From the NCBI GenBank assembly GCA_963976235.1, contig CAXBJM010000009.1, forward strand, positions 8,393 to 72,392: a DNA stretch of 64,000 nt, in the 5' to 3' direction. Of this stretch, positions 46,992 to 57,770 are shown piece by piece. The translations under genes and the position numbers were made by a program. This stretch comes from an uncultured bacterium. GTDB lineage: Bacteria; Planctomycetota; Phycisphaerae; Phycisphaerales; UBA1924. Within the stretch, counting starts at the first letter, position 1; each line of letters opens with the position of its first letter. The notes under the pieces are model-generated. The model saw nothing but the letters and a program-made list of their open reading frames with translations. It had not been told where the DNA came from and ran no database searches.

Positions 46992-48919
46992 GATGATGTC
47001 CGATCTCTTTGAACACTTGCGGGGCGCATGGGTTTAGGATAGTTTGGGCCGATGTCGTCGATCAGAACATCAATGAGAAACGCGTTCTGTTTCGTGCGTG
47101 GGTGAGTCGAGAGACCTGTGAGCTTGTGGGGATCGAACATGTAGATTGTTGCATAGTGAAAAATCGGAATCAGGGGCAAATCTTCTTCGATTAATATCCG
47201 CTCTGCTTCACTCAGAAGTTCCAAGCGTTTGACCGGATCAAGCTCGAAGGCAGCATCAGCAAGCAGTTGGTCATAGATCGGGTTGCTGTACGCACGATCG
47301 TTGTTGCCGTTGGTTGTTTCGTTGATGTCGAGAAAGGTGGTGGGGTCGCCATAATCTCCAAACCAACCCGCGCGGGCGGTCATGTAGTCTTTGTTTTTCA
47401 GATCCTCTCGGAATATCTTGAGTTCGTTCTGATCGAGCTTGGTTTTGACTCCGAGATGTTTTTGCCAGCTCTTCGCGATTGCCTGCGCGATCAGATCATG
47501 TCCTGAGTCTTTGTTAAATGCCATCTCGACGATAAAATCATCAGGGAAGTTCGCAGCTTCGAGGAGTTCTTGTGCTTCACGAATAATCGCATCACGCGCT
47601 GCTTGGTTCTTTGCATCCCCAATATTGGGTAATCCAGTGGGGGAGGTGTATCCACCGATCGAACCCGGAGGGATCAGTGTTGATGCGGTTGGTTCACCGA
47701 GTCGACGGACTTCGTCCGCGACGGATCGTTTATCAACACACATCGCAAACGCTCTGCGGACGCGGGCATCTGCGAACGGGTTCACTTGTCCATCGGGGAG
47801 ATTGGGTTTGCAGTTGAAGTTATAAAAATAGGTTCCAAATGAGGATACCGCGTGTGTATGGGCGCGAGGGTCTTGGGGGAGTAATCGATCGATCGTGAAC
47901 TGATCGAGTCCTTGTTTTCGGTATTGTTCGACTTCTTGAGCATGTTCCGCGAGGAACTCAAGTTTCTGCGCGACCATGTCGCCGCGATATGGAGCAGTGA
48001 CATCAGAAATCCAATCCAGTGCACCGGTTTGATATGCTAAAACGCCGGCATTGGGATCGGAGATTGAGGGGATGGCGATCGAGTTCATCGCGATACTGTC
48101 TTTGTCCCAATAGTATTGGTTTTTTTCAAAGCGCATATCGCGTTTCATGCGCCACCCGGTGAGTTCAAACGGGCCATTGGAAATGAGCACCCCGGGTTTG
48201 GTCCATCCGGGTTTGCGGATAAGACGAGCGGTATTGGGATCGGGTCGTTCGTACTGTGAGACAAGGGGTTCGTACACCGGAGAGAACACCGCAAACGAGC
48301 ACAACTCAAGGAAATAGGGTACGGGATGATCGAGGGTGACAATCAGTGTGTCATCGTTAGTTGCTCGCATCGCGACGAGTTCATCGAACTTCTGCTTTGT
48401 TTCTTCCCAGAGTTCATAAGCGCCCAGTTGACGATCTGCAGGGGTGGAGAAATCTCGATCTGGGAAGTTGGTGAGTTGATCTTGGCGCCATTGATAGAAG
48501 GACTGGGCGCCTTTGATGTTCATGAACATGTTGACATAGTCAGACACAAGATCGGGGAGCATTGCCCGGCGCCACGAAAACCGGAAATCTTCCGCGGTGA
48601 CCGGTTCGCCGTTGGACCATTTCGCGTCTGGACGCAGTTTGAATGTGTAGGTGAGTCCATCTGCAGATACCGACCAGTCCTGTGCAACCGCAGGGATGAT
48701 CGCAAAGTCATCTGCGAGCACATCATTCTGGACCAGTCCTTGATAGAGCAAGCGAGCGGTCCGCAGGTCATGCATCCAACTCATCCGCTGAGGGTCGAGT
48801 GTGTTGACTTCTGTGGAGTTGATAAACACAAGATCTGCTCGCGGCTGCGGGCGATCGGACAGCACCGACACCCCAATCAGGGCAAGCAAGAAAACAACAG
48901 GGATGAGCATCCGGTACAT
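46988..48919 (-). CDS. ABC transporter substrate-binding protein, family 5 (peptide/nickel)
   Basis: 643 aa with a signal anchor. Typical SBP_bac_5 stretches (TYTFKLRPDAKWSNGEPVTAEDF, GWFGDYGDP). Confidence 0.9.
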   Translation of the reverse strand: MYRMLIPVVFLLALIGVSVLSDRPQPRADLVFINSTEVNTLDPQRMSWMHDLRTARLLYQGLVQNDVLADDFAIIPAVAQDWSVSADGLTYTFKLRPDAKWSNGEPVTAEDFRFSWRRAMLPDLVSDYVNMFMNIKGAQSFYQWRQDQLTNFPDRDFSTPADRQLGAYELWEETKQKFDELVAMRATNDDTLIVTLDHPVPYFLELCSFAVFSPVYEPLVSQYERPDPNTARLIRKPGWTKPGVLISNGPFELTGWRMKRDMRFEKNQYYWDKDSIAMNSIAIPSISDPNAGVLAYQTGALDWISDVTAPYRGDMVAQKLEFLAEHAQEVEQYRKQGLDQFTIDRLLPQDPRAHTHAVSSFGTYFYNFNCKPNLPDGQVNPFADARVRRAFAMCVDKRSVADEVRRLGEPTASTLIPPGSIGGYTSPTGLPNIGDAKNQAARDAIIREAQELLEAANFPDDFIVEMAFNKDSGHDLIAQAIAKSWQKHLGVKTKLDQNELKIFREDLKNKDYMTARAGWFGDYGDPTTFLDINETTNGNNDRAYSNPIYDQLLADAAFELDPVKRLELLSEAERILIEEDLPLIPIFHYATIYMFDPHKLTGLSTHPRTKQNAFLIDVLIDDIGPNYPKPMRPASVQRDRTSS

Positions 48920-48971
48920 AGTTCCACTTTACCGGTTTGGGCGTTTGATTGTCGCGGTGAAGCAGAAAAAC

Positions 48972-50123
48972 TTATCGAACGAATCGTTCATCCGCAAAGT
49001 TAAACTTACGGATTAGGTCCGATCCAGGTCCGAGCAACCCTGACGCGTCGTTTCGGAAATCACGGTCGTCGCCTGCTTCGAGTTGATCTGTGAATCCGGT
49101 TTGACGGATGCTGCTCTGGGAATCACCTGCGATCTCGGCATGCTTGCGGCGAGCAAAGTACAGTAAAGATTCTGCAGAGCGGACAGATTTGATTGTGAGT
49201 CCGCGCCGGGAAACAGGTTCGAGGGTTTTGCCGAACTGACGACGCAGTGTGATCGAGATGGTATCTCCCGCGAGCCCGACAGCTTCTCTCGTTGCGTCGG
49301 ATGTTGTTGAGGAACTGATATCCAGGATCGATGCGGTAATGGCGCTGGTTGCTTGGATCGCGAGGGATTGAGCAAACTTCGGATCATCAGAAACCGTCAA
49401 TGTGCGGAGTTGGTTCCCAACGACATTGGACAATGCTTTGATCGCGGTCGATCTGCTGTTGCCCATATCTTTGGATGTAAGGGTTGTGCCTTGGATCAGT
49501 GCACGGACAGCACTGCGGAGCAGTTCGCGATTGACATCGTTCTCCATCGCGATTTTTTCGAGTGCACCGATTAACGAGTCGATTTCACCTGAGGAAATCG
49601 CAGGGCTGTATTTGGTGGTATTGGAGAAGATGCTCTGTATCCGTGATACAGCAAAGATCTGAATACCCAAATCTTCATCCTTGAGCGACTTCTGCACCCG
49701 AGAGGCACTATCAGGGGTTGAGAGTGCACCTGCGAGTCTGAGTGCGGAGAGCTTTGATCCCACACTGTCTTGCCCTTCAAGCTCGTCCATGAGTGGAACG
49801 AGTGATCGGGCGTATGCCTGACGGAAAGCGATCGAGACCCCTCGTTGGTGGACAGGGTTGACCAATGCTTCCATTGCTTTTTTCACATCTGAGGATGATC
49901 CGCTCAGAGCGCGTTCAGTCCAAGATTGGATAAAACTGTTGATCTGTGTTTGCTGTGCGTTGCCGATCGTGATCGCTTCAACTGTAGATCCGGGGAGTGA
50001 TGAGCTTTGCGCGTAGACCTGGGTAGGGAGCAGACTCGAAGTTGCGAGGCATGCAATGGTACAGGTGATTCGCTTGAACTGGGAGATGGATTTGATCACT
50101 GGATATTCCCTTGTGTGGGGCAA
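48972..50123 (-). CDS. secreted helical-repeat hypothetical protein
   Basis: 383 aa with a signal peptide (ACLATSSLLPTQVYAQS). Repetitive helical, HEAT-like composition. No family recognised. Confidence 0.55.
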   Translation of the reverse strand: MPHTREYPVIKSISQFKRITCTIACLATSSLLPTQVYAQSSSLPGSTVEAITIGNAQQTQINSFIQSWTERALSGSSSDVKKAMEALVNPVHQRGVSIAFRQAYARSLVPLMDELEGQDSVGSKLSALRLAGALSTPDSASRVQKSLKDEDLGIQIFAVSRIQSIFSNTTKYSPAISSGEIDSLIGALEKIAMENDVNRELLRSAVRALIQGTTLTSKDMGNSRSTAIKALSNVVGNQLRTLTVSDDPKFAQSLAIQATSAITASILDISSSTTSDATREAVGLAGDTISITLRRQFGKTLEPVSRRGLTIKSVRSAESLLYFARRKHAEIAGDSQSSIRQTGFTDQLEAGDDRDFRNDASGLLGPGSDLIRKFNFADERFVR

Positions 50124-50250
50124 ATGGACTTACGACAGAGCACTTGGCGTGTGCTGTGACTTGGTAGAGTTTATCGTCCCCAATCGGGTTCGTCACGATT
50201 CAGCGCCAACGAACCGCAGATCAGTCGCAGTTGGGGGGAGTTTGGTTGAT

Positions 50251-51240
50251 CTAATAGACTTCAAGGAAGACGCGTTTTGACTTCTTGATCTTCTTGGGGA
50301 TCATTTTTCGTTCCCAATGATCGATGTCAGACGCGATTTCGGGATCTATTTTGAGGAACTGGGGGAGTTGATCAGGGGGAAGCAGTTTAGCAAGTGTCTG
50401 GAATACCCCGAGTTCCATGCCCGCCATGCCGCAGATGTATATGAGGGTGCGTTTGTTTATGAGCATCGGACTCAAGAGATGAAAATCATCGACGAGTCGA
50501 TCTTGTACATACATTTTCTTGGGTTGATCTGGGGTTGTGTGCCGAGAGATCGCGGTGTGGTAGGTAAAGTTTTCAAACTGTTTAGTCCAATGCAACAAAG
50601 TATCATGGTAGAGCAGATCGGTTTCATAAGGCACCCCCATCAGCAATGCGACCTTTGACGAGAGATCGTGGGTGCCTGAAGCTTGGATCAGATCCATGAT
50701 CATCCCACGAAATGGTGCGATCCCGGTACCAGTTGCGATAAAGACATAATCGTGATCAAGCGGGTTCTTGGGTAATACGAACCGTTTGCCGACCGGTCCG
50801 GTGAGTGTGATCTCATCACCCACATTGAGATCGCACATATAGTTCGAGCAAACACCATTGAGGAGTTTATGTGAATCCCAATCTTCATCGAGGACGCGTT
50901 TGACGCATGTGGTGATGATGTTGCCATCGCCGGTCTCGCCGTCGGAGGGTGCAGCGATCGAGTACAACCTGAGCTTGTGTGAGACCCCGTGTTCGGTGAG
51001 TCCGGGAGGGATCACGCCGAAAGACTGGCCGGAGATCCAGGTGCCTGCCAGTGGGGTGTTTGAGACATCAATTTCAATATGACGGACGAACCCAGAAGCT
51101 TTGCGAGAATCGGTGCAGAGCCGGGTCGCGTGGACTTTGCCGACGATTGGTTGATCTGGTTTGACGATATGCTGATCAACCACTGGCATCACAGGTTCGC
51201 CGATTAACGGGATAGAAGCGCTCGGATCAGAGGTGCTCAT
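50251..51240 (-). CDS. ferredoxin-NADP+ reductase (plant-type FNR family)
   Basis: RLYSIA FAD-binding motif, GVCSNY, and ATGTGIAPFRG NADP motif. Confidence 0.8.
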   Translation of the reverse strand: MSTSDPSASIPLIGEPVMPVVDQHIVKPDQPIVGKVHATRLCTDSRKASGFVRHIEIDVSNTPLAGTWISGQSFGVIPPGLTEHGVSHKLRLYSIAAPSDGETGDGNIITTCVKRVLDEDWDSHKLLNGVCSNYMCDLNVGDEITLTGPVGKRFVLPKNPLDHDYVFIATGTGIAPFRGMIMDLIQASGTHDLSSKVALLMGVPYETDLLYHDTLLHWTKQFENFTYHTAISRHTTPDQPKKMYVQDRLVDDFHLLSPMLINKRTLIYICGMAGMELGVFQTLAKLLPPDQLPQFLKIDPEIASDIDHWERKMIPKKIKKSKRVFLEVY

Positions 51241-51342
51241 GATCCATTATAGGATCGCTTGCGTCGATGGCGTACAAAAATAGAGCATCTTATATAGAAA
51301 GAGTACTAGGAGACACTTTGGAACTTGCATTGATTAAACGAT

Positions 51343-52761
51343 TTAGCCTTCGTCGTCGACAGTAGACTCTTCGAACTCTTCATCATCAGAATCATCGAAA
51401 TCTTCATCGAAGTCCTCTTCGTATGAATCATCCATATATTCTTCTTCGACTTCTGGTTCGAGCCCACCAAGCAGATCCAGACGCACAGCGGTTGCCTCGA
51501 TCTTATCACGCTCATCGCCTTGCACTCGAGCACCACGCAGTGATGCAGCGGCGCTCTGGAATGCGTCGTTGGAATCGGTCTTTGCTTGTCTTTGTGCTTC
51601 GCTTGCTGATTGTGCAGCTGTGGACCAATCGCCTGGGATTCCAGCTTCACTCAAAGCGGTGTAAAGGATCGCTTCTTCAGCGTATCCGCCAGCTTGACGG
51701 GCATAACACTCGGCAAGGGTTTGCTGGGCAGATGCTTTGGTAAGCGATGCGATCTGCTTGAGCGTTGAGTTTGCATCACGCAATGCAGAGATCGCGCCGC
51801 GTGCAAGTGAGATCGCACGATCGTTGGCAGCACTGACTTCATCGCTGCGGAACTGAGCATATTCACTCATCGCGTCGTCGATGCGTTGTGCAGCTGCGTT
51901 TGCCGCGTCGTGGGCCTGCTGTGCATCGTTCTTGCTTGCCGATTCGCGTGCGCGGAGTTCATCCTGTGCCTTCTTGAGCAAGGCGACCTGAGATTCTGCT
52001 TTGTTGACATTGAGCCCGATCTCACGGGCGCCCGGACGGAGTTGGCCGACCACCCCTTCGATCCGGATGGATTCGAGTTGATATTGATCTGCGCGAAGGG
52101 TGTGTTCGCGGACTTGGAGGACGATCTTGGCTGCTTCTGCTGCACTTACTCTCGACATCTCAAGTTCGAGTGCGCCTGATTCGTTGCGTTCAGAGCTTGC
52201 TTTGGCGCGGAGATCGGCAATCTGTGAATCAAGGTCATCAATCTGAGATTCGATCTGCTCGCGTTGTGCTTGGTACTGCTTGATGTCATCCTGACGAAGC
52301 ATAATGAACCCGTTGATGTCTGCAATATCCTTGGATGGATCAAACTGACCTGCAGCATTCGCGATCGCGGACATGGTCAACCATTCATTGATCATTCCAC
52401 GCACGATTCGAGCTTTTTGGAGAGACTCGGTTTCTGCGCGAGAGGCTTGTTGGGAAGCGAGAGACGCCTGTCCGATTTTCGCAAGCGAGAGTGTGATCGC
52501 AGCGCCTTGTGCATACCCGCTCTCGCTGCCCGCGAACTCGGAGGCCAGTTGTTCAGTCTCGCGGTAAGTTTTCTCTGAGAATGAGTTGGCAGTGGTGGGG
52601 TCACCTGCGGCGATCGAAGTAAATGAGCGTCCTGCCTGTTTGACAGCAGCTGCTGATTCGTCTGATTCTGAGCACCCCGCGAGTCCAGCAAGGGAGATCA
52701 GCGCTGCGATCGTTGCGATTTGGAAGGTTCGGCAAGGTGATGTTGGACTTTGGTTGGGCAT
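51343..52761 (-). CDS. coiled-coil lipoprotein with poly-acidic tail
   Basis: Lipobox LAGLAGC. Long A/Q/E/R-rich helical body. The C-terminal ~45 aa are almost entirely D/E (EEEYMDDSYEEDFDEDFDDSDDEEFEES). Confidence 0.55.
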   Translation of the reverse strand: MPNQSPTSPCRTFQIATIAALISLAGLAGCSESDESAAAVKQAGRSFTSIAAGDPTTANSFSEKTYRETEQLASEFAGSESGYAQGAAITLSLAKIGQASLASQQASRAETESLQKARIVRGMINEWLTMSAIANAAGQFDPSKDIADINGFIMLRQDDIKQYQAQREQIESQIDDLDSQIADLRAKASSERNESGALELEMSRVSAAEAAKIVLQVREHTLRADQYQLESIRIEGVVGQLRPGAREIGLNVNKAESQVALLKKAQDELRARESASKNDAQQAHDAANAAAQRIDDAMSEYAQFRSDEVSAANDRAISLARGAISALRDANSTLKQIASLTKASAQQTLAECYARQAGGYAEEAILYTALSEAGIPGDWSTAAQSASEAQRQAKTDSNDAFQSAAASLRGARVQGDERDKIEATAVRLDLLGGLEPEVEEEYMDDSYEEDFDEDFDDSDDEEFEESTVDDEG

Positions 52762-52899
52762 TCCTGATCCTATTTATTATTCAATACATGCTTCGAGCAT
52801 TCGATGGGTCGTGCATTCAAACCCCAGAATCAGTGATTTGTCTGAAAATGGGAGTCGGATCTTAGCACACCTCGGGTTGTTTTTGGGCAAGGATTCCGC

Positions 52900-54261
52900 T
52901 CAAGGTTCAGATTGATTGGATTTGGGGTCTTCGTCAGTGTCATTTGGTTTGGGTTCCGGTTGGATTTGGGAAATAAATCCATACTCCGGGCGAGGCTGAT
53001 ACATGGATCTGATCCAGTCTATCGCATCTCGATATTTACGATCTCTGGTGGATCGGAAGATCGGACGGAATCGGGCGCCACGGAACTCGCGGGGGATTTC
53101 GGGATGTGGAGAAAGTGAGTTTTTCTCGATCATTGCCATTTGTAACAATGGTGAACGCTCTGGAGCGTCATAGTTGATCAGCGAGGTGCCATTTTCTAGG
53201 GTGTAACTCTCAATGATGGCAAAGTTGGTATAGATGGTTTCGATTGAGTTTGGACGCGAGTTGATCACCTGGAATGTGCCCGCTTCAGGACCTCCATGGC
53301 AGCGGGTGGTCGCACACGCGTTCAAGAACCAACCTCGCTGGCTGTGAACCTGTGTGCGGAAGATATCCATCGATTTTGGATCTTCAAGCACTTGAACCTG
53401 ACTGTAGAGATCACGGGCTTTGTGTGTAAAGAGAAGGCGAAGCTTGTCGATTTCAGGGAGTTGAAAGAGTGCTTTTCGCTCGTCTTCATTGGGTGAGAAC
53501 GCGTCGGGATTCTGAAGAATAAGTGTCCTGAGTGTTTCATCAGGGATCTTGATCTTCGGTGGATCACGAAGATCGATCTCATATACCCGGATCAGATTGA
53601 TCTGTTCCGCACTCAGAGGCGAGATATCATTCCGCTTTGGTCGTTGAGATCCTGCTGAGTCAGGCGCAGATGATGGATCTCCGACTTCCGTATCTGGAGT
53701 CGAAGTTGATTCCAACTTGTCATATTCAGTCAGCCAACGATGCAAGAGCTTCGCTTTGGGGTTATTGGGATCGACAAGCAGGATCGATTCGAGTTCACTG
53801 ATTGCAAGCTCATAGGCTTGCCGTTCACGGAGCCATTCAACGAGCGAGAGTCTGGCGTCGATATCTCTATCAGGGATTGAGTTCCGCATTTCGTTGTATC
53901 GAACGGCGACGGGCGCAAGTATAACAACGGACGCGACCCGATTGCGTTGGAATGTTGTCTCAATGCCATTGATCCCAATGATCACAATGAGCGAGTCTTG
54001 GCGGATGAGTTCGCCGGTGATTTTTCGTCCACTGATGAGTGTGACGGTGCATTCACGAATTCCCTGTTCAGCCAGCTCCATTTCATCAACTTCGGGTTGA
54101 TACGAAGTATTGAGCGTGTGGTGTGATGGGTGAATGATTGATTGGAGTCTGATCGATTGGGTGATCGTGCCTCCAACAAGCAGAAGCATCGGGGTGCCTA
54201 CCCAGAACAACACTTTGTAGGTATCAAATCTATTCATACGAGTTGGAGTGCTGCGTGTCAT
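52900..54261 (-). CDS. membrane-anchored hypothetical protein
   Basis: 453 aa with an N-terminal TM and a TPR-like segment. Contains CATTRCHGG (C-x4-CH). No family recognised with confidence. Confidence 0.55.
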   Translation of the reverse strand: MTRSTPTRMNRFDTYKVLFWVGTPMLLLVGGTITQSIRLQSIIHPSHHTLNTSYQPEVDEMELAEQGIRECTVTLISGRKITGELIRQDSLIVIIGINGIETTFQRNRVASVVILAPVAVRYNEMRNSIPDRDIDARLSLVEWLRERQAYELAISELESILLVDPNNPKAKLLHRWLTEYDKLESTSTPDTEVGDPSSAPDSAGSQRPKRNDISPLSAEQINLIRVYEIDLRDPPKIKIPDETLRTLILQNPDAFSPNEDERKALFQLPEIDKLRLLFTHKARDLYSQVQVLEDPKSMDIFRTQVHSQRGWFLNACATTRCHGGPEAGTFQVINSRPNSIETIYTNFAIIESYTLENGTSLINYDAPERSPLLQMAMIEKNSLSPHPEIPREFRGARFRPIFRSTRDRKYRDAIDWIRSMYQPRPEYGFISQIQPEPKPNDTDEDPKSNQSEP

Positions 54262-54419
54262 GGATGTGTGTGCTGAAAAGGGGAGTGGGCCTGAATGATA
54301 AGTGTAGACTGCGGCTTAAATGGAGCAGTTTGCTTGTATTCTATACCATGATTGGCGTGTTCCGGTTCCCCAATCTCTGTTTCTGGTTCAGCAGAGATGT
54401 TTATATTCATGAAGAACAG

Positions 54420-54445
54420 AAAAAGCCCGTGGTGAACCACGGGCT
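54420..54445 (-). terminator. rho-independent terminator of the che operon
   Basis: AGCCCGTGG-TGAA-CCACGGGCT (9-bp stem, tetraloop). On the minus strand it is followed by TTTT(T). Lies 65 nt downstream of the cheY stop. Confidence 0.7.
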
Positions 54446-54509
54446 TTGCGTCAGATTTTGATTGCGTTGACCTGCTCATTGTCGATTGAGCAAATCCTCG
54501 GACCATTTG

Positions 54510-54878
54510 TTAGGCATTGCATTTTGCAAGCGTTTCCGAGATCCGCTCGCTGAGCAGGTCTGGGGTGAATGGTTTCACCACATAGTTGTTCACGCCTGCT
54601 TTGATCGCTTCGATCACGCGGGCTTTTTCAGATTCGGTCGTGACCATGATCAGCGGCGTAGTTTTGTCAGTTTCACGGAAACTCTTCACAAATGTCAACC
54701 CGTCCATGACAGGCATGTTCCAATCCACAAGACAGAGCTCGGGTTTGAACTCAGATATCTTGTCGAGGGCATCTTGCCCGTCACAGGCTTCTTCAAGTTC
54801 GAGGAAACCGAGCTGGTTGAGCACCGATTTCTGGATGTTTCGCATTGTCTTTGAGTCGTCAATCAAAAGGATTCGCAT
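54510..54878 (-). CDS. cheY: chemotaxis response regulator CheY
   Basis: MRILLIDDSKTMR, DWNMPVMDG phospho-acceptor region, and a conserved K in VVKPF. Confidence 0.9.
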   Translation of the reverse strand: MRILLIDDSKTMRNIQKSVLNQLGFLELEEACDGQDALDKISEFKPELCLVDWNMPVMDGLTFVKSFRETDKTTPLIMVTTESEKARVIEAIKAGVNNYVVKPFTPDLLSERISETLAKCNA

Positions 54879-54911
54879 TTGAAAGCTCCTTGGTAATATC
54901 TATGAGATGAT

Positions 54912-55403
54912 TCAGGCTGCGCTGGAGTGTGTTGATGATACTTGGGTTGTTGCTCGCAATGAGATTTCAAGAGCTACTTCTCCACAATCAGTGTAACATG
55001 GGATACACACGCAGGGAGTGTCTGTGTTTGTTGCGACTCGGTGCCCATCGCCGATGATCACGGATGGGCAAGAGATGAATACACCCTTGCGTTGGAACTC
55101 CGCCTTTGCGTTGCCTGAGATCATATTCACGAGTTCTCCGATCGCATCTGCAAAGTCATCAGAGTCTGATTTGATATCCATTCCTGTAAAGAGGTGAACG
55201 ATTGCTTCTGATACAGGCATGGGCATGCTCAGAACAATAGTTCCAACCATTTCGCCTGAAACTCCGATGATGCCTGATACATCATGCGATGCTTTGCGAT
55301 CAGCCTTTATGTGAGGCTCACCAATCTCGACGGGGAGTTGAAACATTGTGCTGAAGACATTCTGGATTGATGTCATGAATGGGTTGATATAACTGGCGTC
55401 CAT
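54912..55403 (-). CDS. cheX: CheX/CheC-like CheY-P phosphatase
   Basis: YINPFMTSIQNVFSTMF N-terminus and NMISGNAKAEF, typical of CheX. Located in the che operon. Confidence 0.75.
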   Translation of the reverse strand: MDASYINPFMTSIQNVFSTMFQLPVEIGEPHIKADRKASHDVSGIIGVSGEMVGTIVLSMPMPVSEAIVHLFTGMDIKSDSDDFADAIGELVNMISGNAKAEFQRKGVFISCPSVIIGDGHRVATNTDTPCVCIPCYTDCGEVALEISLRATTQVSSTHSSAA

Positions 55404-55451
55404 CGTATTGCTCCTTGATGGTTTTTTTTGCAGATTTGATCTTGAGGTTTG

Positions 55452-57770
55452 TTAAACGGTGCCGCAGGCGGATGTGCGCCGATTCTTTGATACGCTCATG
55501 AGCTCGGCAACATCCACGATGAGGCTCACGCATCCATCGTTTCGTACTGTTGCTCCTGAGATTGGACCTTGTCGTTGGATGCCGCGGAGAGGTTTGATTA
55601 CGATTTCTTGCTGTCCGATGACACTGGAGACTTTGAGGCCGATGATTCTTTGGTTGAATCCAATAATCACCACAAAGTCCTCATCCTCTCTCTGAGTTCC
55701 AGGTACATGAAAAGTTTCCTGAGCGCTGATGAGCGGATAGACTTTTCCACGAAGATGGATGACGGGTTTGTCGCCAATATTTGAGAGCATGTCTGGTGTT
55801 GGATGAACGATTTCAGTGATATTGGTCAACGGAATCGCGTAGATCTCGTCACTTACCGCAACCATCATCGCGGGCATAATCGCGACGGTGAGCGGGATGT
55901 TGATACAGATGGTCGTTCCGACATCTTCCTTGGATTCAAGCATGATGTGGCCTTTGAGTTTGTTCTCAATATTGGTTCGGACTACATCCATACCAACCCC
56001 TCGGCCAGATAAATTAGATACTTGGTCAACGGTCGAGAACCCAGCTTCGAATATAAATCGGAAGACTTCTTCGTCCGAGAGCGTACTGAGTTGTTCCGTT
56101 GAGACGAGCCCGCGTGCTACCGCCTTGTTGCCGATGATTTCTCTTGAGAGTCCTTTTCCATTATCAATAATTCGGACATTTACATGACTCCCTTCGTGCC
56201 CAGCGATGAGTTGGATAACACCCTGCTCATCCTTGCCTGCTTCGAGTCGGTCTTGGGGCATTTCAATCCCGTGATCGACACTGTTGCGAAGGAGATGGAC
56301 CAACGGGTCACCGAGTTCTTCGATGATTGACTTATCTACTTCTGTGTCGCCGCCGATGATTTCAAGCACAATATTCTTCCCAGTCTTGGTCGCCAGATCA
56401 CGAATAAGTCGGGGGTACTTGCCGAAGAGTTTATCGAGAGGCTGCATCCGGGTTTGCATGACCGCGAGCTGGATATCACTGGTAACTCGATCAAGCGTTG
56501 ATGCAGTTATTTCCATCTGCTCAATGAACTCATTACCCATATCTGAGCGGACAATATTCTCTGCCATAGCGCCGATCCGATTCTTCTGAAGCACAAGCTC
56601 GCCCACCAGGTTCATGAGCGATTCAAGACGCGAAACTTCCACTCGAATTGTTTGTTCGATTGCTGGAACTGGTGCTTTGCTTGCTGCCGACGCGGGCTCT
56701 GACTCTGAATCAACGATATCCGGCACAAGCGATCGGACTGGGGTGTCGCACGCGGATTCGTTTGTTGGGTCTTGAACGCGTTGTATGCTTGGATCATCGA
56801 GTGAAATGTACGAGACACCATCATTTGCAAGCGTTTGCTCGGGTGTTGCGTCTGGTTCGATTAACCCTACGGAGAGTTCTTTGCCCTGAGATACAGCGCT
56901 GAGTCTCTCTAAGAGAGTGCCTGTTTTCCAGATGAGTACTCTTTGGTTTGCGAGTTCCTTTGTCTGCTCACGGAGAAGCAAGCAAACAGCATGAAGCCGA
57001 GGGATCATCTGGTTAATATGCGAGTCTTCTAGAGTCTCGACGCCCTCAAGTGCAGCGACCAGTGAGTTAGCGAGTTGCGAAACTTCATCAATCTCGAAGA
57101 AATCCACAGTGCGAGCGATATCTTCAAAGAACTCGGAGAGGTTTCTCGATGCGAATGATCGCGTGTCCCGATTGGTAAGGTCATTCAACTTAACGATCGT
57201 TAAATCAAGCGTTTCTTCGATATCCATCGCGAGATGATCGATCAGATCAAGCTTGGATGAATTGAGTGAGATCTGCCGGACGAGCCGTCCATAAGTGTCT
57301 ATTTCTGAGAGAAGCTTTGAACTTGTATTCGATTCTTCATCGGGGACGGTAACTTCATGAGCATCCTTAAGTGATCCGCCATCGCCAAGGAGGGTGAGCT
57401 TACGGATGAGCTCAGAGTCCGCTGCGGAGAGTTCTGTCTCACCTGCGGAGAGTTCATTGAACTGGACTTTGAGCATGTCAACCGCTGCGAGAAGCAGGTC
57501 CATTTCCATTGTGCCAATGATAAAATCACCGTTGCGAGCGGTGTTGAGTGCGCTCTCCGAGCTGTGTGCGAGCTCGACAAGGTTCGTCAGGGCTAGGAAA
57601 GATGCGCTCCCCTTAATTGTGTGCAATGCTCGAAATATTTGATTGAGTAAATCTAGGTCCTCAGGTGTTGATTCTAATCCGACGAGATCGCCTTCGAGTT
57701 GCTCGAGAAGCTCTCCGGATTCGGTGAGGAAATCTTGTAGTATTTCTGGACCGAAGTCGTCAATACTCAT
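55452..57770 (-). CDS. cheA: chemotaxis histidine kinase CheA
   Basis: Hpt FRALHTIKGSASFL, HATPase N/G boxes (HLLRNSVDHGIE, DNGKGL, GRGVGMDV), and a C-terminal CheW-like domain. ATG 57770 overlaps the cheR stop. Confidence 0.92.
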   Translation of the reverse strand: MSIDDFGPEILQDFLTESGELLEQLEGDLVGLESTPEDLDLLNQIFRALHTIKGSASFLALTNLVELAHSSESALNTARNGDFIIGTMEMDLLLAAVDMLKVQFNELSAGETELSAADSELIRKLTLLGDGGSLKDAHEVTVPDEESNTSSKLLSEIDTYGRLVRQISLNSSKLDLIDHLAMDIEETLDLTIVKLNDLTNRDTRSFASRNLSEFFEDIARTVDFFEIDEVSQLANSLVAALEGVETLEDSHINQMIPRLHAVCLLLREQTKELANQRVLIWKTGTLLERLSAVSQGKELSVGLIEPDATPEQTLANDGVSYISLDDPSIQRVQDPTNESACDTPVRSLVPDIVDSESEPASAASKAPVPAIEQTIRVEVSRLESLMNLVGELVLQKNRIGAMAENIVRSDMGNEFIEQMEITASTLDRVTSDIQLAVMQTRMQPLDKLFGKYPRLIRDLATKTGKNIVLEIIGGDTEVDKSIIEELGDPLVHLLRNSVDHGIEMPQDRLEAGKDEQGVIQLIAGHEGSHVNVRIIDNGKGLSREIIGNKAVARGLVSTEQLSTLSDEEVFRFIFEAGFSTVDQVSNLSGRGVGMDVVRTNIENKLKGHIMLESKEDVGTTICINIPLTVAIMPAMMVAVSDEIYAIPLTNITEIVHPTPDMLSNIGDKPVIHLRGKVYPLISAQETFHVPGTQREDEDFVVIIGFNQRIIGLKVSSVIGQQEIVIKPLRGIQRQGPISGATVRNDGCVSLIVDVAELMSVSKNRRTSACGTV

